Below, one piece after another: positions 24,020 to 35,133 of a stretch of DNA of 64,000 bases. A program made the translations under genes and the position numbers. The stretch covers positions 3,782,001 to 3,846,000 of the forward strand of contig OX337229.1 of NCBI GenBank assembly GCA_946965045.2. Direction: 5' to 3'. The notes beneath the pieces are model-generated. The model was not told where the DNA came from, did not search any database, and saw nothing but the letters and a program-made list of their open reading frames with translations. The stretch is from Epithemia pelagica (lineage: Eukaryota; Protista; Bacillariophyta). The stretch's first letter is position 1; every line of letters starts with the position of its first letter.

Positions 24020-27000
24020 TTAGTTTTTTTCTCTATTCTTTAGAGCGAGGATAGACTTGAAGCCAAACTCATTATTTGACGTCGATGCTCGAGGCTTAGA
24101 TCCTCCACCCCCAGCCGCCTTTGCAATTCGGACAACATCGAGAGCCCCTGGGTCGAGCTTGTCTCTGTAGATCGAAGAACTGAGTTTTTCCCACCTGCCG
24201 AACCACTCAAAAAGAACCTTCACGAGAGCTTTCCACGCAACAGGCAACAGGCCTCCTTCTTCGGAGAGGTGCTTTCCCATTCGCGAATTCATTGAAGTGA
24301 TTCTGTCCTTCAAAATTTCTCGGCTGGCTTCCTTTGTCAATGTTTTGACAAATTGTTGTTTCGATATATGCTCCGACACTTCTTTATCCCCAAATTCTTT
24401 TCGTATTTTTGATAACTTCGTAAAAAGTTCATGCAAGACAGCGAATTCCTTCTTGATCATCCAACCAAGGTAAGCATCCGTACTCTCCTTCGTGATTGCG
24501 TTAGCTTTAGTCACCTGTTTGCTAAACAGATCCGATATTGAAGATCCTCTTTGCTTGATTGACTGCGTAAAGAAAAACGTGTTTTCCATTTGCATCACAT
24601 CCGCAGCATACTCTTTGTCCGTCGATTCTCTTGTTGCACAGTCTTTAAGGCTTTCCAACAGAGTCGCTGCCAACTTTTGGAGATAGTAATTAATCACCTT
24701 GATATGGGCCATATTTGGGACATAGTCATCGTCTTTCCCTTCTCTGCAGCACAAAAGGACGTGGTCGATATAACAGGGGAAACGAGCAAAGCTCGGGAAA
24801 ACACCGGCACGTTTCCCACTAAGCGGGACACCATCGTTGCTCCTAATCCATTCCATTTGCTTTTCAACCCAGACAACCCACTGTTTATCTGCCCTCTTTC
24901 GAAGATCAAGAATTGTGGCACGAACGTAAGCCAGAGAGAGTGAATGATCCCCTCCTTTCTTTTCGTGGTCGATATAATTTTCCATTGCTTCATTTAAGCA
25001 GATGGAGGCCACGAGGTTCAGAAGTGGATCGCCTTTGACAGACATCTCGGCAGTTGCCTTACCACTCGAGTCATCGGAATTAATGCCACAGCTTCTATTA
25101 ATGTAGTAGCGAAAGTGCTGCGATGCATTATCCACCGCCGCACGGGTATTTTCAAAGTTCCTCTTTTTCTCGCGACCATCTTGTTCTTTCTTGCTGGACC
25201 CGAAGAGTGCAGATGTGAAATACGCTTCTCTTGCAATAACTGGAAGCAATTCGGACAGAGCACCTCGGATATCTGGGGCATTAACCACTTCTTCGCGACC
25301 TGAGTGGTCAAACGGGACATAGTCTTTAATATCTTTACCCGCTCGATTCATGTAGGCTGCATTTTTCCCAGGTAAAGCTTGGAAGTAGCCTTTGCATCGT
25401 TTCTTCATGAGAATTCCCTCAGAAACCATTTCAGCGTACGCGTCCCTAAGGGCAGGAAGCATGTCGGGACTGAGGGCAGCCAAAACTTCCACACTTTTTA
25501 TGTACGTGAGCAAAGCGGAATGGAATTTCTTTTGTGTGTCACGAATCTTCTTGGCAATGGTGGAGTGTGTGTCGTTCTTCGACACTTTACCGTGATCACT
25601 CTCGGCAACCACATCGGTCTTGAACTGTTCCATAATTGTTGCTAAAATGGTAGCCAACGAAGTGCAATAGCTCTTTTTGATCTCCTCCAGGCGATTACAT
25701 CTCTCTCGCACGGCCTTCAGGTGCAAACCTCCAGATTGCTTTGGGTATTCAATAGCTTCCAGCAGAGCTTTGCCGGCACGATATATCTTCTCTATACCTT
25801 CTTGGCTTTCTTCAATCATCACACGACCATTTGAATCATACACAAGTGCAGACGCCGGGTTTTTGAGAAGCTTTTCCGCGTCAGCATTGATTTCCGAACC
25901 CTGTAACAAACGCTTCATCTCTAAGCCAAGCATATCGTAGCTCTTCCACTGTTGTTCGAGTTGTCGGTTTTCTTCCTCGATATCAGCACAATCGTCAGTC
26001 AAGGGCTTGATCGCTGCGGCGCGTTCCTGTAGCCAATGTTCCATTTGTTCCAGTTCTTGATCCAGCGAATCAAGCATTTTAAACAACGATGCCAACGCCA
26101 GTGCGTCAACGGTTTCTCTATCATCGAATGGAGTCGACATTACCTTTGCCCCGCCAGAAGAAGAGTAGTGCTTTTCGTCCTCCCATGCAATCAACCTCCG
26201 ACATGTCTCCGCCTCCAGGTCTCTCATTCTCATCTGTAACATCAATCCAATTTTCTCTGCGACACTAACCACAGCTGTAGTTTCTTCTTTAGGAAGAGAG
26301 TTTTGAGTCCACTCTGTTGAATTCAATACTTCCTCTGCATCCTTGCGCTCATTCTCTGATTGGAATAGAGAAACTCGTGTGTTAAAATTCCCCATCATCA
26401 TTGCATACGCAAGGCTATCCATTTCTTCGAGTTCCACTTTTTCTTCTCCCTTCGACGTGGTCGTTGTGAGACCAGCGTTTGCAGGGCCATCTTCCTCAAT
26501 GTACACACGCTGTCGATCTAGAAGTTTTCGGAGAACTTCCGATTCACCCAAGAACCCATTGACTGTTGCAACATACTGTAGTTCCGCGCGATCCAGATTT
26601 CGCACATTCAAAGGGGGCAAGTAAATGCGGTCTCGATTTCCTCCCATGTGTGATGCTCTCTCCACAGCTGCTGTGCAAAGCATGGCATGAATCTGTAAAA
26701 GGGACCAAATGAAGCGTTCCTTATCCATGCTCCTCTCCGCTGCCTTGTCCTCGTCACCATCACGATCACCAAAATCAATGCGAATCGTATCACCGCTCCG
26801 AAAAGCTAGCTGAACAACAGTTGACTGCAAGTTCTGAACTGTAGTGAGTTGGTCAAGAGGTACGAGCTTTCGCACATCGGGGGCGCTTCCATCGCTGTTC
26901 AGAGTCATGCAGATGAGAACGGGGAAGGATGATGATTCCTCTTCTTCAGGAGCAAGTGTGTCGTTGTTGTCACCGCCAGATGTGGCGGTGCTCGTTTGAG

Positions 27001-28240
27001 TGCGTTTTGTGGAAGGAGTGGTCGTGGGTGGATTGGATCCTGTACTGCTGTCCCCATCCGCTTCGATCTCTGATTCATCTTCTGGTGCAAACATGGTGTC
27101 ATAGTCTCCACGATTTGAATCGTCGTCACCTCCTTCCTCTTGAACTTCTCCGGATGTGCCATCTTTTGACGAGTCGCCCGGCTTCCCATTAAGTAGCGAA
27201 ATAAGAGACGCGGCTTCTGGGATCACTGGATGGTTAGTGCTTCTCGCAATAATGACATAACGATATTTGTTTCTCGCCTTCGTTCCAACCGAACTGAGTA
27301 GGCCCAATCGTCTCTTATGACTTGTGTACTGAGACGGATATTGTAGAGCCGTCATGGTTACAGTTTCATTTCCTGTTGACTCAAATTGTTGACACTGGTA
27401 ACACATGAGCGTCTCTTGTTTCATTTTAGGAGGATATTCCTCCAAAGTTCCACTGCTTATACTATTCCCGTCGACTTTGAGCGGAGGGAGAACAAGCCTA
27501 GCCACAAATTGTCCAACAGCAGCCATATCCTTAGGGTCGTTGATGCGCTCAAACTTCTGGTTGTTGCTGCCGGCTGAATTCGGCATGCTCTTTCCAACCA
27601 ACTCACCAGCGGTCCCTGAGGTGTTTGTCTCATCATCACGATGTGTTTTGTTCAGAATACGATTCAGACGATGCGTACCAGCAGATTCAGCAATGTTTTT
27701 TGATTTGATTACTGAAACTGTGAGATTGCTTTTTTCCTTCTTTGAGGACTTGCGATCAGGGGAGCTACTTGATTTCTTTTTCGACGATGATGGATCTTCT
27801 TTCTCTTCAGCTACCAATAGTTGAGTTTTCTCTTTATCACCACTTGGCATTTTGGATGATGACTTCTCTACGTCATTCGGACCGACACTCTCATTTATGG
27901 TTTCGAAATCTCCAAACGGATTGGACCCAGCAGCACTTCCCTCGTTATTGCCAATGCTTTCGCCTGTGTTGTGCAAAGATTGTTGTTGCCTGTTCGTGTC
28001 AGTAGTTTTACTGGTACCTTGAGAGGGTTCTGAGATAGGAAAGAGATCTTCTTTACTTTTGGGAAATTCCTTCTTACTCGATCGTGGCGGTGATTTGAGG
28101 GCGGCACCAATATCTTCTTGATCTTCGTCATCTACTTCGTCCGAGCTACGGCTTTTGGAAAGCAAGTTCCCACCACCATTTCCTCCTTCTTTGCCCTTTT
28201 TGTTTTTATCTCGAAATATTCCACGGACGCTCTTTCTCAT
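24020..28240 (-). CDS. SEC3: Exocyst component Sec3 (EXOC1)-like; start uncertain (TTG 28270 or ATG 28240)
   Basis: 1.4-kaa ORF with a PH-like region, then the coiled coil LEAET...LDQELEQMEHWL...DIEEENRQLEQQ, then a long helical C-terminus. Confidence 0.8.
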   Translation of the reverse strand: MRKSVRGIFRDKNKKGKEGGNGGGNLLSKSRSSDEVDDEDQEDIGAALKSPPRSSKKEFPKSKEDLFPISEPSQGTSKTTDTNRQQQSLHNTGESIGNNEGSAAGSNPFGDFETINESVGPNDVEKSSSKMPSGDKEKTQLLVAEEKEDPSSSKKKSSSSPDRKSSKKEKSNLTVSVIKSKNIAESAGTHRLNRILNKTHRDDETNTSGTAGELVGKSMPNSAGSNNQKFERINDPKDMAAVGQFVARLVLPPLKVDGNSISSGTLEEYPPKMKQETLMCYQCQQFESTGNETVTMTALQYPSQYTSHKRRLGLLSSVGTKARNKYRYVIIARSTNHPVIPEAASLISLLNGKPGDSSKDGTSGEVQEEGGDDDSNRGDYDTMFAPEDESEIEADGDSSTGSNPPTTTPSTKRTQTSTATSGGDNNDTLAPEEEESSSFPVLICMTLNSDGSAPDVRKLVPLDQLTTVQNLQSTVVQLAFRSGDTIRIDFGDRDGDEDKAAERSMDKERFIWSLLQIHAMLCTAAVERASHMGGNRDRIYLPPLNVRNLDRAELQYVATVNGFLGESEVLRKLLDRQRVYIEEDGPANAGLTTTTSKGEEKVELEEMDSLAYAMMMGNFNTRVSLFQSENERKDAEEVLNSTEWTQNSLPKEETTAVVSVAEKIGLMLQMRMRDLEAETCRRLIAWEDEKHYSSSGGAKVMSTPFDDRETVDALALASLFKMLDSLDQELEQMEHWLQERAAAIKPLTDDCADIEEENRQLEQQWKSYDMLGLEMKRLLQGSEINADAEKLLKNPASALVYDSNGRVMIEESQEGIEKIYRAGKALLEAIEYPKQSGGLHLKAVRERCNRLEEIKKSYCTSLATILATIMEQFKTDVVAESDHGKVSKNDTHSTIAKKIRDTQKKFHSALLTYIKSVEVLAALSPDMLPALRDAYAEMVSEGILMKKRCKGYFQALPGKNAAYMNRAGKDIKDYVPFDHSGREEVVNAPDIRGALSELLPVIAREAYFTSALFGSSKKEQDGREKKRNFENTRAAVDNASQHFRYYINRSCGINSDDSSGKATAEMSVKGDPLLNLVASICLNEAMENYIDHEKKGGDHSLSLAYVRATILDLRKRADKQWVVWVEKQMEWIRSNDGVPLSGKRAGVFPSFARFPCYIDHVLLCCREGKDDDYVPNMAHIKVINYYLQKLAATLLESLKDCATRESTDKEYAADVMQMENTFFFTQSIKQRGSSISDLFSKQVTKANAITKESTDAYLGWMIKKEFAVLHELFTKLSKIRKEFGDKEVSEHISKQQFVKTLTKEASREILKDRITSMNSRMGKHLSEEGGLLPVAWKALVKVLFEWFGRWEKLSSSIYRDKLDPGALDVVRIAKAAGGGGSKPRASTSNNEFGFKSILALKNREKN

Positions 28241-28589
28241 TTTGCTTTCGTCTCTTTTGTCTTTAAACAATGGAACAAGCGTGACGACAACGCATCGGTC
28301 AAAAGCTGAAAGGTTACCCGAACAGCGACGAACAGAGAATCCGCAATAGATCTCTATCTCTCGGCAGCAGTCCCTCCTCCGCTATCCCGCATCGCGCACT
28401 CCTACTATTTGTGGGGTGCGCGTAACCTTCTCACTGAAGAAAACCACCTCCGCACGGGGGGGGGGCGGGGGAGTATTTTAAGTAGGTGAGTTCTTTTTGT
28501 GATTTAGTTTTGGGGGGACATCAGGTCTTTTTTCGCAATACACTGCATTCATCTTGCGTTTTCTCACAAAACCCTTAGAGAACAACACG

Positions 28590-30790
28590 ATGTCGGGCTG
28601 GTTGAAATCTGTTAACAACATGCTGGAGAAGCTCGATGATCGAGTTGAAACTGCGGCAGAGGATGCGTCGAATATTCTAATGGACGCGGATGGAGTCCCA
28701 ACAAGCAGCGCTGCCCTCAGTCGCTTCTTGGGTAAGGCTCAGAGCGAGAGTGACGACCGGAGCTACTACGAAGGAGACGAATATCTTGATGATAAAGATT
28801 TTGGTGAAGAAAAGAATACGGAGGAATCGGGTGAAGAACAAGATGCTGTTGATGTAAACAAGCGGCAACATGCACCAGATAATTCCCTGTCCGCTGACAT
28901 TCTTGATGATAGTCAGGTTGAAAGCTCTTCGGAAGTCGGGACGACGACAGATGCCGAATCTTTGAAAGACGGTTCAACTATTCAACCTACAGATCCAGCG
29001 ACGTCTGTTAAAAAGGAAGTGAAAAGTGTAATCGGTCAGCTCAAATCTGCACCACCGTCTAGTGGAAGTCACGTGAACCCCCCACCGCCTCCATCCTCTC
29101 AAAATAGTGCTGCTAAAATGAGTGGGAAGTCGTCTGGGCGCGCGGAGCTCCTTAAGGCACAGCAAGAGATACAACTGCTAACGAAGCAAAACGCAGCACT
29201 CCAAGCACAACTGGAGACATGCCAAGCCGAGTTGAACGCACAAAATGAAGAGCTGTTGAGAGCAGCTGATCGTATTGACGAAGATCGTCAGATGGCTGAT
29301 GAAGAACGTGACGAGCTGATCGATGAACACGATGAAGCACTTAGAAACCTCAAAGCTTCTTATGAAGCAAGCCTGGCACATCAAAAGGAAAATTTCGAAG
29401 GTCAAATTGACGCTTTGCAGAAACAATTAGCGACAGAGGCTCATATGCGAGCAAAAGAAGGAGGGGATATGACAGAGGAATTGGCTGGTGCGGTTGAACG
29501 CGAACGACAAGCTCTGGAAAAAGTTGATGAACTTCATCAGGAAAAGAATCTGCTTGAGCAAAACAACAAAGAACTCAAGTCTCTAGAAGAAACTCTTCTG
29601 GAAGAAGTCAAAAGTTTAAAGGAGACTGCTCAGGCTTCTGCTGACCGGGAACGTCTAATGGAAGAAAAGTTAGATGCGGCTAATGAAATGCATCAGCGTG
29701 CCCTTAGCCACCGGCAAACACGAGAATCTGAACTAGAACGAACTGTTGCGGAGTTGGGAGCTGCCCTGGCTCTGAAGGAGTCAAAGAACAATAGATCTGT
29801 CGTTGATTCTGCCATGGCTCGTGCCGCTGAGGCTGGTTCTGGCATACAGAAGAAGTATGGTGCTTTAGTTGACGAACTTGACGGCACGAAAGCCCAACTA
29901 AGTCAAGCCACTCAGAGGTGTGATGCTCTGCAGAGTGAACTAGAGCTCATTTCCCGTGAGCGAACAGAAGAAGCTTCGATACTACAAGAGAAAGAACGTG
30001 AGCACGACAGAAGAGTGGAACAGATGACTGCGAAAATGTCGCAACTGGAGGCGTCATTGCGTGAGTATAAGTCATTTAACGGGGACTTGGCCTCGGTGAA
30101 ATCATCCGCGAAAAGCATTAAAGAAGCAAGTGGTAAAGCCCAAATTGCGTCAAATGGGGAAATAATAGGGCAGCTTTCTCGTGATTTGGAGAATTCACGC
30201 CGACAGATTGCTTCATTGTCAGATCAACTCTTGAGGCAACAAGGATTAACAGAATCCGCAACATCAGAGGTTCTCGCGTTAAGAGGTCGCCTCCAATCTG
30301 CTACATCGCGAGCGGAGGCAGCCGAGGCATCCTTTAATCATGTTGGAATGTATGAACTGGAGAGTGGGGGAGTGGGATATGGAGCGAATCCTGGGCAGAA
30401 AAGAGTGAGAAGAGGTGGACAGCATCGAGGACGTTCAATCCGTTCCGCTCTGGGTCTTCGGGTAATGGAGAATAGCAACCTTGAACAAGTAGCACAAACA
30501 GTGGACGCTATTGATCTTTGGATGCTTCAAACGGGCGTGATCCTGAAGCATGAACCCTTGGCCCGTATCGCGCTCATTTTCTATTTCACGCTTGTTCACC
30601 TTTGGTGTTTTGGTTTGGTTTTCTTCCATGCCGTGGTACGTAACTTGTTAGTATATGGGATTGTTGTCGTTGAGTGTCTTATCCTCGTATCGTTGGTTAT
30701 ATCTGGACTTCCCAGGAATCCGAGCACGGCGACCTGGGGACGCTTACCGCAGGACGACATTCTCTGGGTAATAACGGACACGTTCCATAG
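28590..30790 (+). CDS. Golgin-84 (GOLGA5)-like, copy A; intron 30636-30715
   Basis: N-terminal MSGWLKSVNNMLEKLDDR, long coiled coil, C-terminal TM PLARIALIFYFTLVHLW. The spliced tail is ESEHGDL. Confidence 0.8.
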
Positions 30791-31236
30791 ACCCTGGTGA
30801 TGTTGAACGTGTCATTTAGAATGGAGCAGCATCAGAGCGGGTTGACAAATTCAGAAAGACTTGCAAGGTTTCTGGACTGATTGTTTCCACTTGAACCGAG
30901 TACAAACCAACAATACACCACCGTTGAATTGTGACGACTCATAGATGCTTGCCCCTTGGGTAATTGTTTCCTGTTTTATACTCATAACCATTACCGATAC
31001 AACTACAAAGTCTCAGTAACCCTAACGGCTCCGTAGAACGCTCTGATGGAGAAATAAAATGGTTTTGTTGGAAATTTTCTAGGAGTAGAATCTCACCAAA
31101 ATACAGGGATTTCTATCGTTGTTCAGCTTTCAGCTACGAACACAAAGTATTGAGAAACGAAACCTGGGCCACAATAGTGTCTTCACCTGTTTTGTTACCT
31201 TCCACTTTAAAGTAGCCCTTGTCTTCAACGCCAAAA

Positions 31237-33373
31237 CTATGGAGTCTTTTGTTGAGAATCAATTTCATGACTTCGCGCAGTGAGGGCACCAAGATCTCCG
31301 TGTTCTGATTCCTGAAAACAAACAAGAACAAAGCGCTTATAATAAAGCCGACGATATACGCAGCCGCAGGCGGACAAAACCACGTACCACCGAATGAAAG
31401 AAAACCAAACCAAAACATGATACATGAACAAGACACAAGTATAAAAGACAACCAATTCTCGCCAAAGGTTCATGGTGGAGAATGACTCCAGTCTGCAGCA
31501 TCCACGAATCCATCGCATCCACCGTTAGAGCTATATGATGAAGGGCACCACTTTCTGCAGTATCAAGACCAAAGACTGATCGAAGAGCTCGTCCTTTCTT
31601 CGCTCCTCTCCTCTTAACTTTTCTCTGTCGAAGATTTGTTCCGTATCCAACTATTCCACCATCCATTTCATTCATAATATCGTTGTTCCCTCCAGTCTCA
31701 ACAGCTTCAGCGCGTGATGTTGCGGATTTCAGGCGTGTCCTCAGCGTAAGAGCCTCTGATTTTGCGGATTCAGCGAAGCCTTGCTGCCTCAAGAGTTGAT
31801 CAGAAAGTGTCTTGATCTGGCGGCGGGACTGCTCCAGATCTCGAGTCAATTGCCACATTTCACCGTGGGTGCCACCATCGTTTTGACCGGCAGCGTGTTC
31901 ACGACCAGCTCCTTCTAGATGAGCAATCCTCGATGTGAGTTGTTGAACCTTTATGTCATGTTCCCGCTGTTTTTCATGCTCCATGGAAGCTTCCTCCGTT
32001 CTCTCACGAGATATTGATTGAAGTTCGGTCTGCAGGGCTTTACTTCGTTGATTGGCTTGCGCAAGTTGACCTTTAACATTATCAAGCTCCTCCATTAAAA
32101 CGTTATACCTTTTGTGGATATCAGAGCCGGCTTCCACGGCCCGAGCCATGGCTGAATCTATGACTGGCCTGTTGCTCTCTGAAGCCTTGAGTGCCAATGC
32201 AGCTCCCAACTCCGCAACAGTTCGTTCCAGTTCTGCTTCCCGTGCTTGGCGATGGTTTAGAGATCGAAGATGTTTTTCGTTTGCCGCATCAAGCTTCTCT
32301 TCGACAAGACGCTCCCTTTCTGCCGACGCCTGAGCGGTCTCTTCCAAACGTAGGACTTCCTCACGCAGTGCCTGTTCCTGTAACACGAGGTTCTTATTCA
32401 TCTGCTCAAGCTGAGAGTTGTCCAATTCAAGCTGATCAACTTTTTCTAATGCCTTACGTTCACGATCAAAGGCTCCACCCAGCTCCTCAGCCATGTCCCC
32501 TCCTTCTTTGGCTCGCATCTGAGACTCCGCAACCAATTGTTTGCGTAGAGCTTCGTGTTGGTTTTCAGACGTTTCCTTTTGATGTGCAAGGCTAGCTTCA
32601 TAGGAAGTCTTCAAGTTTCGAAGCGCTTCCTCGTGCTTGTTCACTAATTGTTTGCGTTCTTCCTTAGCTTTTTGGCGGTCTTTCTCCATACGATCAGCTG
32701 CTCTCAGGAGCTCTTCATTCTGAGCGGCAAGCTCATTTTGGGCTGCCGTCAGTTTGGCCTGAAGATTAGTGTTCTGCTTCGTCAGACGTTGTGCCTCTTG
32801 CTGCGCCTTTTGTAAGCCAGCACGAGAGGTTGCCCTCCCACTTGCCTTGGTGGCCCTATCATCAGGAGAAGGAGGAGGGAGCTTCGACCCACTGGAATCC
32901 TGGCGAGAGAAAGAGTTGGGGTCCTCTTTCTCCGATGGGCAATCCTCCCTACCAGCTGAAGAAGAACCTTCCGATGATCTTTTACTGGTATCTATATTGG
33001 ATACAGAGCCAGAACCACCCTCCACAATGTATTGACCCTCGGCCTCCTTTACAACATCATCAGTTTGTGTACTATCAGGGATGTTTTCTTGGTGAGGTGT
33101 GTCAACTTCACCTCCATCTTCCCCAATTGCATTCTCTTCTCCAGATTTGATGTTCGAATCTTGCTTCATGCCTCCCTCCTTTTCCAAATCTTCGTTTTCA
33201 ACATCTGCCTCATCGTCGTAGTAACTTCCGTCCTCGCTCTCGTTTTGTGCGTTGTTGTTGCCCAACAGGCGACTCAGTGCAGCACTGCTTGTGGGAGCAT
33301 CTTCTGCCACTGTTTCTACGCGATCGTCGAGCTTCTCCAGAATATTGCCAACTGATTTCAACCAATGGGACAT
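31237..33373 (-). CDS. Golgin-84 (GOLGA5)-like, copy B; intron 31312-31387
   Basis: MSHWLKSVGNILEKLDDR, coiled coil, TM PLARIGCLLYLCLVHV. It shares the intron position and ESEHGDL tail with copy A. Confidence 0.8.
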
Positions 33374-33752
33374 TTTATATGTTTGAGCTGTTGTTATGTG
33401 TTTCCGTTTTCTTCAATGATTAAGATCGATGATGATCATGCCACCATCTCGTCATCTTCGGATTTTTTTTGGAGCTAAATGCTGTCTTCACGGGAAAAAA
33501 GCAGAGAACAGGAAATTCGACGGCCCGTGCGCCTACAATAGAGCTAGGAGTACCACAAAAACTACTCCTATGAGAATCGGAGTACTCCTAGGAGATTAGG
33601 AGTACATGAAGAAATTCGTCTCTGCCTATTACTCCCATGTGGCGGTAACAACACTCCCCTAACAACCTATAGAGAGCCATAGAGGAGAACAAAATGACCG
33701 GATGTTCTGGTTGCCATATGAGAGGAGTAACTTCATCTATGAGGTACCTGTT

Positions 33753-34808
33753 TTAGTACAATTTGACAACATATCGACCACGAATCTTCCCTTGGAGCAT
33801 TTTATCAGCAACCTCCGGGACTTGCTCAAGGTCCAAAATGTGCGTGTCGTCGCATATCAGACTCAGTAAATTGCTTTTCACAAGCAGTGGTCCATAGGTG
33901 GTGTACGCATTTTTGCGCACAGTGTGATCGGCAAAGACAGAATCTACCCCACACAAAGACACCCCGCGAAGAATAAAGGGCGCAACAGTTGTCGACAAGG
34001 CCATTCCACCTGCTAGGCCGCAGTTAGCGACAGTGCCACCATATTTCATCATACTGAGCACGTTTGATAGGACAACTCCACCAACCGTGTCCACACATCC
34101 AGCATATAGCTCCTTGTTGAGTGGTTTGGGTTCAACTTCCATTTCAGAACGATGAACGATTGAAGATGCACCCAAGCCTTCCAAATAGGCTGTCGTATCT
34201 GGATCATCGGTCTTTCCTGTTAGTGCCACTACATTGTAACCAAGCTGGTTCAACAACACCACGGAAATCGAGCCAACACCACCGGTAGCACCAGTTACTA
34301 TAATCGAGCCATCCTCTGGCTTGACGCCATTTCGCACAAGGCTGTCGACGCATAACATCGAAGTATAGCCAGCCGTTCCAATCTTCGCGGCATCAATCTC
34401 ACTAATTCCTTCAGGCAGAGGTATAGCCCATTCTGATGGTATTTTGGCTTCTTGGGCATAACCGCCGTAATGATCGGTTCCCATTCCAAAACCATTTACG
34501 AGAACAGTCTCGCCAACTTTAACTGTTGGTGCCTCATTCGATTTCTTCGTCTCTTCTATAACTTTTCCGACAAGATCAATCCCACCAACCATAGGTGGTT
34601 TGAGGCCTGGGTATTTTCCAGTTACAACCATCGCATCTTTGTAGTTCAGGTTCGAGTAAGTCACTTGGATCGTGAGATTGCATTCCGCTCCGGAAGATTG
34701 CTTGACAGTGCTAGATGTGGGAAGATCAGTTCGAGTCAGTTGCTCAACAGTTGCAAGCGTCTTTTTCGCCTTTGTTACTAGAGCGCGGAATCCTGGTTTG
34801 GTCGCCAT
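33753..34808 (-). CDS. acuI: YhdH/AcuI-family MDR oxidoreductase (putative acryloyl-CoA reductase); the ORF extends to 34991
   Basis: FRALV...YSNLNYKD...PMVGGIDLVG...GTAGYTSML...VTGATGGVGS...APFILRGVSLCGVDSV...RGRYVV. Intronless. Confidence 0.85.
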   Translation of the reverse strand: MATKPGFRALVTKAKKTLATVEQLTRTDLPTSSTVKQSSGAECNLTIQVTYSNLNYKDAMVVTGKYPGLKPPMVGGIDLVGKVIEETKKSNEAPTVKVGETVLVNGFGMGTDHYGGYAQEAKIPSEWAIPLPEGISEIDAAKIGTAGYTSMLCVDSLVRNGVKPEDGSIIVTGATGGVGSISVVLLNQLGYNVVALTGKTDDPDTTAYLEGLGASSIVHRSEMEVEPKPLNKELYAGCVDTVGGVVLSNVLSMMKYGGTVANCGLAGGMALSTTVAPFILRGVSLCGVDSVFADHTVRKNAYTTYGPLLVKSNLLSLICDDTHILDLEQVPEVADKMLQGKIRGRYVVKLY

Positions 34809-35133
34809 GTTTGTTTTCGTTGTTTGGGATTTGGGATCTGTACAGATCTCTTTTTTTATGACTTGATGAATTTTTGAGAAGTGATGAGATGCTCTTGACA
34901 CGTAAAATCTTGGGTATACGAACACTCCTGCCCCCCTTAAAATCATAGACCCCCCCCAAAAAAGCGTGCAAAGTGCAAACCCCAACTTCATTCCCTATAC
35001 TATGGGACCACTTACAGAAGTAGCTACTCCTAGGTAGGTATGCTCGAGATTAAACAATGACCCCAGATTCCGCTTCTAAGGCGTATAAAAGCTCGGCAGA
35101 ACGGTTTTTGTAGCGTTGAAAGTGAACAACGCA

